In this document: piece by piece, positions 1 to 7,901 of the stretch
Position numbering within the stretch: the first letter of the stretch is position 1
Layout of the letters: each line of letters begins with the position of its first letter
Source: Flavobacteriales bacterium
GTDB lineage: Bacteria > Bacteroidota > Bacteroidia > Flavobacteriales_F > PHOS-HE28
Direction: 5' to 3'
NCBI GenBank assembly: GCA_044507815.1
Contig: JBIQIX010000001.1
Span: 207,124-271,123, forward strand
Length of the DNA: 64,000 bases
Made by a program: the position numbers and the translations under genes
Notes under the pieces: model-generated
Databases searched by the model: none
The model's input: the letters and a program-made list of their open reading frames with translations, nothing else
What the model was told of the DNA's origin: nothing

Positions 1-573
1 TTGCTGGGGAAGAAGCTGGTGACGCCGATATCGCCCAGGGTTCCGCTTTTGCGCTTGCCGTTGGTGCCGCTGTGGGTGGAGCCGATGGACTGGCAGGCAT
101 CCTCCACCACGTACAGGTTGTATTCGCGGGCAATGGCCAGCATGGCGTCCATGTCCGCATTCTGCCCGAACAGGTGCACGGGCACAATGGCCTTGGTGCG
201 GGGGGTAACCTTTCGGGCCACGTCGGCCGGGTCGAGGTTGAAGGTGCCGGGCAGCACATCGGCAAATACGGGCACCAGGCCCAGCAGCACCAGCACCTCC
301 ACCGTGGCGGCGAAGGTGAAGGAAGCGGTGATGACCTCATCGCCGGGCCGCAGGCCCAGCGCCATCATGGCGATCTGCAGCGCATCGGTGCCATTGCCGC
401 ACCCGATCACGTGCTTCACGCCCAGGTAGGCGGCCAATTCCTTCTCAAATTCCTTTACCTGCGGCCCATTGATGAAGGCCGTGGAATTGAGCACCTCCTG
501 AATGGCGGCGTCCACCTCCGGCTTGATCTTCTCGTATTGGCCGAGCAGGTCGACCATGTGAATGGGTTTCATG
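1..573 (-). CDS. DegT/DnrJ/EryC1/StrS-family PLP-dependent sugar aminotransferase (N-terminal part; gene runs off window edge)
   Basis: Reverse complement from ATG at 573 reads MKPIHMVDLLGQYEKIKPEVDAAIQEVLNSTAFINGPQVKEFEKELAAYLGVKHVIGCGNGTDALQIA..., a typical DegT-family N-terminus; absent from ORF track because no stop lies inside the window. Confidence 0.75.
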
Positions 574-755
574 GGCACTGTAAGCATCAACGTGCGCTTT
601 CCATGGAAAAAGCAAGGGGCGAAGGTAATGAGCGGTGCAAACGCAGGCACAGAGGCCCGGGGAGGGGCAAACGCGTAATGCGGCGGGTTGGAAGTTGGCC
701 TTGGATGCCGCATCATCGTTGCCCCAGCCCGCCCGCCAGCTACCTTCGCGAACCC

Positions 756-1514
756 ATGAAACTGCCCGTATGGCCCTTGGCGGGGCTTCTGCTTTTCGCG
801 GCGCGGCCGGCACAGGCCCAAAGCGGTATCCAGGATACCAGCATCACCCTGGTGCCGCTCACCATCAGTTATGCCTACCAACTGCCGGGGGGCGACCTGG
901 CGCAGCAATTCGGGGCCAACAGCAACCTGGGCTTCAGCGCCTCGGTGAAATTCAAGAACAATTATTCGCTGGGGCTGGAAGGGAGCTACATCTTCGGCAA
1001 CAAGGTGGTGGACCGCAGCATACTGCGCGAGATGACCACGAGCAACGGTGTGGTGGTGAACCAGGACGGCCGGCCGGCGGGCATCCTGCTGTTTGAACGC
1101 GGCTATACCGTGCTGGCCTTTGCGGGCAAGGTGATCCCCGTGGCGGGCCCCAACCCGAACAGCGGCATTTTGCTGAAGTTGGGCGCGGGCTGGATGTTCC
1201 ACAAACTGCTGGTGCAACACCAGAACGATGTTTTGCCCGCGTTGGAGGGCGAATACCTGAAGGGTTATGACCGCCTTGCGGCGGGCCCCATGGCCATGCT
1301 GTTCGCGGGCTACCAGCACCTGGGGAACAACCGGCTGATCAATTTCACCGTGGGTTTCGAGGTGAATGTGGCCTTCACGCATGCGCTGCGGCCGTGGAAC
1401 TTCGACCAGGGCCGGGCCGATGAGGGCCAGCATGTGGACGGATTGAACGGGCTGCGCTTCGGCTGGACCTTCCCGATCTACAAGCGCCGCGACAACCGCG
1501 AGTACTACCGCTGA
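756..1514 (+). CDS. secreted/outer-membrane hypothetical protein (signal peptide MKLPVWPLAGLLLFAARPAQAQ)
   Basis: In-frame ATG at 756 inside track ORF 72..1514; N-terminal signal peptide; alternating beta-strand-like sequence; stop overlaps kdtA start (ATGA). Confidence 0.5.
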   Translation: MKLPVWPLAGLLLFAARPAQAQSGIQDTSITLVPLTISYAYQLPGGDLAQQFGANSNLGFSASVKFKNNYSLGLEGSYIFGNKVVDRSILREMTTSNGVVVNQDGRPAGILLFERGYTVLAFAGKVIPVAGPNPNSGILLKLGAGWMFHKLLVQHQNDVLPALEGEYLKGYDRLAAGPMAMLFAGYQHLGNNRLINFTVGFEVNVAFTHALRPWNFDQGRADEGQHVDGLNGLRFGWTFPIYKRRDNREYYR

Positions 1515-2782
1515 TGCCGTTGCTGTACGACCTGGGCATCGGTGCGTACCAGGCTGGCATCCGCTTGGTGGCCGCATGGAACCCGAAGGCCAAGGCATGG
1601 GTGCAGGGCAGGAAGAAAAGCTGGGACCGGCTGGAACAGGTGGCCCCGCAACTGCAAGGTTGCCTATGGATGCACTGTGCCAGCGTGGGCGAGTTTGAGC
1701 AGGGGAGGCCTGTGCTGGAGGCGATCAAGGCCCAGCGCCCGGAGCTGCCGGTGCTGCTGACCTTCTTCAGCCCCAGCGGCTATGAGGCGCGGAAAAATGA
1801 ACCGATGGCCACGCATGTGGAGTACCTGCCGCCGGACAGCCGCGCCAATGCCGAGCGCCTGTTGTTGTTGGTGAAGCCGGCCGCCGCCGTGTTCGTGAAG
1901 TATGAGTTCTGGTACCACCATCTGCATGCGCTTTGCCGACACAACGTGCCCGTGTTCCTCATCGCCGCGCTGTTCCGCAGGGATCAACCTTTTTTCCGGT
2001 GGTACGGGCGCGCATGGCGACGCATGTTGGGTTTTTACAAGCGGATCTTCACGCAGGATGAAGCATCCTTGAAACTGCTGGAGGAAGGGCTTGGTCTGGA
2101 ACACGCCGAGGCAAGCGGCGACCCACGTTTTGACCGGGTGGCGGCCATTGCCGCGAACAACGAAGAGTTGCCGCCGGCACGCGCTTTCGCGGGGAATGGC
2201 CCGGTGCTGGTATGCGGCAGCACGTGGCCACAGGACGAGGAGGCCATCGCCGTGGCCCTGCGGGGTTTGGCCTCGGATGCGCCCAAGTGCATCGTCGTTC
2301 CGCATGAGCTGCGTGCCGCGCAGTTGGCCGCGATCGAGCGTGATTTCCCCAAGCCCTTGGCCCGCTGGGGCGAACTGGAGCACAGCCCGGTGCAAAGCGT
2401 GGAAGCCCTGCTGGGCGCAGGGCGCCATGGCACCTTGCTGGTGGACCGCATGGGGCTGCTGGCACGCTTGTACCGCTACGGCCGTGTGGCCTACATAGGC
2501 GGTGGCTTCACGGACGGCATCCACAGTGTGCTGGAAGCGGCGGCCTGGGGCGTGCCGGTGATCGTGGGGCCCCGCCACAAAAAGTTTCCTGAAGTGCAAG
2601 GGCTGATCGATGCAGGGGCAGGGCAGGAGGTGCGTAACGCAGCGGAGCTGCAAGCATCCCTGGGCCGATGGCTGGGGGATCCGCAGGCGCTCAGGAAAGC
2701 TTCCGACGCGGCGGCCCGCTTTGTGAATGAGCGGAAGGGGGGCGCCGGGCGGGTGGCAGGCGCGGTGTTGGCGGCCATGTGA
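1514..2782 (+). CDS. waaA: 3-deoxy-D-manno-octulosonic acid (Kdo) transferase
   Basis: 422-aa ORF with N-terminal WMHCASVGEFEQGRP motif typical of KdtA/WaaA; C-terminal glycosyltransferase fold. Confidence 0.8.
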   Translation: MPLLYDLGIGAYQAGIRLVAAWNPKAKAWVQGRKKSWDRLEQVAPQLQGCLWMHCASVGEFEQGRPVLEAIKAQRPELPVLLTFFSPSGYEARKNEPMATHVEYLPPDSRANAERLLLLVKPAAAVFVKYEFWYHHLHALCRHNVPVFLIAALFRRDQPFFRWYGRAWRRMLGFYKRIFTQDEASLKLLEEGLGLEHAEASGDPRFDRVAAIAANNEELPPARAFAGNGPVLVCGSTWPQDEEAIAVALRGLASDAPKCIVVPHELRAAQLAAIERDFPKPLARWGELEHSPVQSVEALLGAGRHGTLLVDRMGLLARLYRYGRVAYIGGGFTDGIHSVLEAAAWGVPVIVGPRHKKFPEVQGLIDAGAGQEVRNAAELQASLGRWLGDPQALRKASDAAARFVNERKGGAGRVAGAVLAAM

Positions 2783-2804
2783 AAGGCTGCGTAATGGGGT
2801 CCCG

Positions 2805-3170
2805 CTACCTCAACTTCGGATTTTGCCCGTGCCGCAGGGCATCGCGCCGGGTGCGTGTTTCCATCTTCTTCGCCCATGATGCTCCCAGGTCGGTGCCGGT
2901 CTGGTTGGCCAAGCATAGCACCACGAAAAGCACATCCGCCAGTTCCTCGCCGAGGTCCTTGGCCTTGTCGCTTTCCTTTTCGCTTTGCTCGCCGTAGCGG
3001 CGCGCCATGATCCGGCCCACCTCGCCCACCTCTTCGGCAAGCATGGCCATGTTGGTAAGCTCGTTGAAGTAGCGCACGCCCACTTGCTGGATCCATGCAT
3101 CCACCTCGGCCTGCAAGGCGGCCACGTGTTTTTCTGCCGGCATTGGGGCCGGGGCGGGTCGTTTGTTCAT
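2805..3170 (-). CDS. MazG-like nucleotide pyrophosphohydrolase
   Basis: YFNELTNMAMLAEEVGEVGRIMARRYGEQS...KDLGEELADVLFVVLCLANQTG = MazG/NTP-PPase EEXX(E/D) helices; start MNKRP chosen (cat at 3168-3170); 4-nt ATGA overlap with dtd. Confidence 0.7.
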   Translation of the reverse strand: MNKRPAPAPMPAEKHVAALQAEVDAWIQQVGVRYFNELTNMAMLAEEVGEVGRIMARRYGEQSEKESDKAKDLGEELADVLFVVLCLANQTGTDLGASWAKKMETRTRRDALRHGQNPKLR

Positions 3171-3619
3171 TCCTTCAGTCGGCTGTCGATCACAATGGTA
3201 ACAGGGCCGTCGTTCACGAGCGATACCTGCATATCGGCGCCGAACTCGCCGCTGCGCACGGCCCCTGCCACCATGGTGCTGAGCAGTTGCTTGGCGCGCA
3301 GGTAAAGCGGTATGGCCTCCCCGGGCCGTGCGGCGCGGATATAACTGGGCCGGTTGCCCTTGCGGGTGCTGGCGTGCAGGGTGAACTGGCTTACCAGCAG
3401 CACTTCGCCGCGCACCTCGTCCACATCCAGGTTCATCTGGCCCTGGGCATCGGCGAAAATGCGCAGGCGGGCCAGTTTGCCGCAGATCCATTCGACCTCC
3501 TGCAGGGTGTCGCCGGCCTCAATGCCCAGCAACACCAACAGCCCCTTGCCGATGCGCGCATGCTCCGCCCCGCCGATGTGCACGGCGGCATGGGATACGC
3601 GCTGCACCACGGCACGCAT
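3167..3619 (-). CDS. dtd: D-aminoacyl-tRNA deacylase
   Basis: MRAVVQRVSHAAVHIGG...VSQFTL...GNRPSY...NDGPVTIVIDS, near-canonical Dtd sequence; 150 aa from internal Met of track ORF 3167..3700. Confidence 0.85.
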   Translation of the reverse strand: MRAVVQRVSHAAVHIGGAEHARIGKGLLVLLGIEAGDTLQEVEWICGKLARLRIFADAQGQMNLDVDEVRGEVLLVSQFTLHASTRKGNRPSYIRAARPGEAIPLYLRAKQLLSTMVAGAVRSGEFGADMQVSLVNDGPVTIVIDSRLKE

Positions 3620-4434
3620 CAGTAAGCGTCCTTCTTCAGCGCGGCGGCCTTGCCGGCGGCCCGCTGTTCCAAGGGCCGGCCGGTGATGGCATCGAGCCAA
3701 ACGCCGTACATGGGGTTGGGCAGCATGATGAAGTGGCCCCGCAGCGTATCGGCCAGGGCATCCACCAAGGGCTTGCCGTCCGTGGTGCCACGGTCCTTGA
3801 GGCGCTGATCGAAATCGGTGAGCTGGTCGCCGGCCTGGAGCACGATGGTGTGCGTGCGCTGCACCACGGCACGCCGCGCGGTCTTGTCGCTGGTGCCGTC
3901 CATCAGCAGCACGTGCTGCTCATCGGCCATGGGAAAGCCCAGTGCGGCGAGGTTGCGCAGGGTGGGCGCCAGCTCATCCACCTCGCGGTTGGAGATGTAG
4001 AACACGGCGCAGCCCTTGGCCGCGGCATACTGGAGGAATTCCACCGCGCCGGGCAGGGCCCTTGCCGCGCCCTTGGCGGTCCATGCCTTCCAGCCCTCGG
4101 GCGTGTAGGTGCGGCCCAGCACGGCGTTGGTCACCTGATAGGGGCTGTTGTCGAGCACGGTTTCATCGATGTCCACCACCACGGCCGGCGGCAGCGGGTA
4201 GGTGCGCTGCAGGGCCTGGTCCAGCCGGATGCGGGCCAGCTCATAGCCCTGCTGGAAGAGGCGGTGCACCTCTGCGGAATAGTGCTGATAGATGACGGCA
4301 TCCACGTTCTGTTGGGCGAGGATGGCATGGGCATCCGCCCCGGAAGTCCCTTGCGCCACGGGGGCCGGGGTGCGGCAGGAAACAATGGACAGGGCGGCCA
4401 CCGCAACGAGGGGGAGATGTGTTTTATGGTGCAT
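3619..4434 (-). CDS. 5'-nucleotidase / class B acid phosphatase, lipoprotein e(P4) family (HAD superfamily)
   Basis: VVDIDETVLDNSPY motif; lipoprotein signal MHHKTHLPLVAVAALSIVSC; start re-picked at cat 4432-4434. Confidence 0.7.
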   Translation of the reverse strand: MHHKTHLPLVAVAALSIVSCRTPAPVAQGTSGADAHAILAQQNVDAVIYQHYSAEVHRLFQQGYELARIRLDQALQRTYPLPPAVVVDIDETVLDNSPYQVTNAVLGRTYTPEGWKAWTAKGAARALPGAVEFLQYAAAKGCAVFYISNREVDELAPTLRNLAALGFPMADEQHVLLMDGTSDKTARRAVVQRTHTIVLQAGDQLTDFDQRLKDRGTTDGKPLVDALADTLRGHFIMLPNPMYGVWLDAITGRPLEQRAAGKAAALKKDAY

Positions 4435-4864
4435 GCAAGAGCGTTGAACGCCAGGCAAAGTAAGGCACCGGGCTGGGCACGGGCCTGCTTGGCCATGCCG
4501 GTGGCCGGTAGGCGCTGGAAGTGGTGAACCTTCCTGGCGCCTGCGGCACCGCTCCCGCGTGAGGGACAGGAGCGGCGGCCGGCCACTGGCGTGCCGCAAG
4601 GCGTGCAGCGTGCGAGGAGGCTGCGACGCAGGAGCAGACCCCGCAGCCGCATGCACGCCCGGCAGGCCGGGGCCGCCACAGCGGATGGCCCGACCGCTTG
4701 CTTGACGGCCACCGCCGGCCTGCCCCGGTACGCCGGGCCGGCAAGCAAGCGGGCACGCCCAAATACCGCCTGACCCCCTGTTGCGCCGGGTGCCGCAGCA
4801 CGGGCACAGCGATGACCTGCATCAGAAAAGCGGGCCTATCGGTCCCGTACCTTTGCACCTTGAA

Positions 4865-6739
4865 ATGGATACGATCCAACCGACCAGTGGGAAGACCACT
4901 GAAGTACGCGAAAAAGTGGTGATCCTGTTTGCCGGCGACAGTGGCGACGGGATCCAGTTGACGGGGAGCCAGTTCACGGATACGAACGCACTTTTCGGCA
5001 ACGATGTAAGCACGTTCCCCAATTACCCGGCGGAGATCCGCGCGCCACAGGGCACCATTGCCGGTGTTAGCGGCTACCAGCTGCACTTCGGCAGTGTTGA
5101 CGTATTCACCCCCGGCGACCAGTGCGATACGCTGGTGGTGATGAACGCGGCCGCGCTGAAGGCCAACCTGGCCAAACTGAAGAAGGGCGGGACGATCATT
5201 GCGAACAGCGATGGCTTTGACAGCAAGAACCTGCGCTTGGCGGGCTACGCCGAGGAGGCGAACCCGCTGACGGACCACAGCCTGGACAACTACGTGCTGC
5301 ACACGGTGGATGTAACGAAGCTGACGCGCAACGCCCTGGAGGGCACCAGCCTGGGCATGAAGGAAAAGGACCGCAGCAAGAACATGTTCGTGCTGGGTTT
5401 CGTGCATTGGATGTACGGGCGCAAGCTGGACCGGCCGAAGCTTTTCCTGGAGCGCAAATTCAAGAGCCGGCCCGAGCTGCTGGAGGCGAACCTGGCGGTA
5501 CTACAGGCGGGCTACAACTTCGGCGATACGAGCGAGACCTTCACCACGCGGTACGAGGTGAAGCCCGCACCCATGCCCAAAGGGCACTACCGCAACATAA
5601 CGGGCAACCAGGGCGTGGCGATCGGGCTGATCGCCGCGGCGCAGAAGGCGGGGCTGGAGCTGTTCTACGGCAGCTACCCGATCACCCCGGCCAGCGACAT
5701 CCTGCACGAATTGTCGCGCAACAAGCATTTCGGGGTGAAGACCTTCCAGGCGGAGGATGAGATCGCGGCGGTATGTTCCTCCATCGGTGCGAGCTACGGC
5801 GGGGCCTTGGGCGCCACCGCCAGCAGCGGCCCCGGCATTGCGCTGAAGACCGAGGCCCTGGGCCTGGCGGTGATGCTGGAGATACCCTTGGTGGTGGTGA
5901 ACGTGCAGCGGGGCGGGCCCAGCACGGGCATGCCCACCAAGACCGAGCAGGCCGACCTTTGGCAGGCGGTGCACGGCCGCAATGGCGAGGCACCCATGCC
6001 GGTGCTGGCGGCCAGCAGCCCCACCGATTGCTTTGAAATGGTGTTTGAGGCGGCCAAGCTGGCCGTGGAGCACATGACGCCGGTGATGCTGCTGACGGAC
6101 GGCTACATAGCGAACGGGGCGGAGCCATGGCGCTTTCCCGAGGCGAAGGACCTGCCGGCGATCAAGCCGCCCTACGCCAGGCCGCACGAGGGCGGCGAGG
6201 AGGCGCCCTTCCTGCCCTACGAGCGCGATGGGCGCGGGGTTCGGCCCTGGGCCGTACCCGGCATGCGCGGCTTGCAGCACCGGATCGGCGGCATTGAAAA
6301 GGAGGACAAGACAGGCAACATCAGCTACGACCCGCAGAACCACCAGTTGATGGTGCGGCTGCGCGCCGGGAAAGTGGCGCGGATCGCGGATACCTACCGG
6401 CCGATCCGGCTGGACAGCGGCCCGCCCAACGGCGAACTGCTGGTGGTGGGCTGGGGTTCCACATACGGGGCCATACGCACGGCCGTGCTGGAGCTGCAAC
6501 AGGAAGGTTTCAGCGTGGCGCATGTGCACCTGCGCCACATGTTCCCCTTCAACCCGGGCCTGGGCGGCCTGCTGAAGCGCTACAACAAGGTGCTGGTGCC
6601 CGAAATGAACAATGGACAGCTGCTGCAGATGCTGCGCGCCGAATACTTAGTGGACGCGCAGGGCCTGAACAAGGTGCAGGGGCTGCCCTTCACCAGCGAC
6701 GAGATCCGCACCGGGGTGCTCAACTTGTTGACACAATGA
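4865..6739 (+). CDS. korA: 2-oxoglutarate:ferredoxin (2-oxoacid:acceptor) oxidoreductase alpha subunit
   Basis: Long conserved match pattern to KorA (…GYQLHFGS…DTLVVMNAAAL…GPSTGMPTKTEQADL…); start at MDTIQPT (ATG 4865). Confidence 0.8.
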   Translation: MDTIQPTSGKTTEVREKVVILFAGDSGDGIQLTGSQFTDTNALFGNDVSTFPNYPAEIRAPQGTIAGVSGYQLHFGSVDVFTPGDQCDTLVVMNAAALKANLAKLKKGGTIIANSDGFDSKNLRLAGYAEEANPLTDHSLDNYVLHTVDVTKLTRNALEGTSLGMKEKDRSKNMFVLGFVHWMYGRKLDRPKLFLERKFKSRPELLEANLAVLQAGYNFGDTSETFTTRYEVKPAPMPKGHYRNITGNQGVAIGLIAAAQKAGLELFYGSYPITPASDILHELSRNKHFGVKTFQAEDEIAAVCSSIGASYGGALGATASSGPGIALKTEALGLAVMLEIPLVVVNVQRGGPSTGMPTKTEQADLWQAVHGRNGEAPMPVLAASSPTDCFEMVFEAAKLAVEHMTPVMLLTDGYIANGAEPWRFPEAKDLPAIKPPYARPHEGGEEAPFLPYERDGRGVRPWAVPGMRGLQHRIGGIEKEDKTGNISYDPQNHQLMVRLRAGKVARIADTYRPIRLDSGPPNGELLVVGWGSTYGAIRTAVLELQQEGFSVAHVHLRHMFPFNPGLGGLLKRYNKVLVPEMNNGQLLQMLRAEYLVDAQGLNKVQGLPFTSDEIRTGVLNLLTQ

Positions 6740-7815
6740 AGGAAATGAATACCAAACAGAACGGAGCTGTCACTTCGGGCGTAGCCGGGGCGGGAGCTGC
6801 TGTCACTCCGGGCGTAGCCGAGAAGTACAGCAGCGACCAACAGGTGCGCTGGTGCCCAGGTTGCGGCGACTACTCCATACTGAAGCAGGTGGAGACCGTG
6901 CTGCAGCAGAAGGGGAGGCCCAAGGAAGAGATCGTCTTTATCAGCGGCATCGGCTGCTCCTCACGCTTCCCGTACTACCTGGACACCTATGGCATGCACA
7001 GCATACATGGTCGTGCGCCGGCCATTGCCAGCGGCCTGCGAAGCGTGCAGCCGGACCTCAGCGTATGGCTGATCACCGGTGATGGGGATTCGTTGAGCAT
7101 CGGTGGCAACCATTTGATCCACCTGCTGCGCCGCAACGTGGACCTGAACGTACTGCTGTTCAACAACGAGATCTACGGGCTGACCAAGGGCCAGTATTCG
7201 CCCACCTCGCCCGAAGGCGCCGTTACGCGCAGCACCCCCATGGGCAGCACGGACCACCCGTTCAACCCGCTCGCCCTGTGCAAAGGTGCCGATGCCACCT
7301 TTATCGCCCGCAGCATGGACCGTGACCCCAAGCATTTGCGCGAAGTGCTCCTGCGCGCCGATGCCCACCGGGGCACCAGCCTGGTGGAGATCTACCAGAA
7401 TTGCAACGTCTTCAATGACGGCGCCTTTGAGGTGTTCACCGAAAAGGCCAGCAAGGCCCAGCATACCGTATTCGTGGAACATGGCAAGCCTTTGCTCTTC
7501 GCCAACGGCACCAAGGGGATCAAGCTCGATGGCTTTACACCTGTGATCGTGGACCTGACGGACGGCATCCACACCGTGGACGACGTGTGGGTGCACAATG
7601 AGCGGGACAGCTTCAAGGCCAGCATACTGGTGCGCCTGTTCGACGACCCCCGCGTGGAGGGTGCGCTCCCCCGGCCTTTCGGCGTTTTTTATGTGGCCGA
7701 CCGCCACACGCACGAAACCAAATTGAACGCACAAGTGGCCATGGCCAAGCAGAATAAAGGCCCCGGCGACCTGGACGCGCTGTTGAGGGGTGAGAACGTT
7801 TGGACGATCAATTGA
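6736..7815 (+). CDS. korB: 2-oxoglutarate:ferredoxin oxidoreductase beta subunit (TPP-binding)
   Basis: WCPGCGDYSIL…GIGCSSRFPYY…ITGDGD TPP-binding motifs; overlaps korA stop. Confidence 0.8.
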   Translation: MKEMNTKQNGAVTSGVAGAGAAVTPGVAEKYSSDQQVRWCPGCGDYSILKQVETVLQQKGRPKEEIVFISGIGCSSRFPYYLDTYGMHSIHGRAPAIASGLRSVQPDLSVWLITGDGDSLSIGGNHLIHLLRRNVDLNVLLFNNEIYGLTKGQYSPTSPEGAVTRSTPMGSTDHPFNPLALCKGADATFIARSMDRDPKHLREVLLRADAHRGTSLVEIYQNCNVFNDGAFEVFTEKASKAQHTVFVEHGKPLLFANGTKGIKLDGFTPVIVDLTDGIHTVDDVWVHNERDSFKASILVRLFDDPRVEGALPRPFGVFYVADRHTHETKLNAQVAMAKQNKGPGDLDALLRGENVWTIN

Positions 7816-7845
7816 AGGTACCCTTCCGGGTCGGGCCCACAAGAA

Positions 7846-7883
7846 CAAAAGCCGAAGCATGCATAGGCGCGTTTCGGCTTTTG
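7846..7883. terminator. bidirectional rho-independent terminator hairpin between convergent korB and T9SS gene
   Basis: Perfect 11-bp arms CAAAAGCCGAA(7846-7856)/TTCGGCTTTTG(7873-7883) with 16-nt loop, flanked by T/A runs. Confidence 0.55.
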
Positions 7884-7901
7884 TGTGATGAACCGTCAGC
7901 C

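Noticed and set aside
72-755. 5' part of track ORF 72..1514 (+)
   Set aside because: Antisense to the clearly recognisable DegT aminotransferase on the minus strand. Only the segment from ATG 756 with a signal peptide is retained.
6768-6821. Two 18-bp near-identical direct repeats (GTCACT(T/C)CGGGCGTAGCC) inside the korB 5' end
   Set aside because: They encode a short Gly/Ala/Val-rich N-terminal duplication (AVTSGVAG / AVTPGVAE) within a good CDS. Likely a trivial in-frame duplication rather than a regulatory element.
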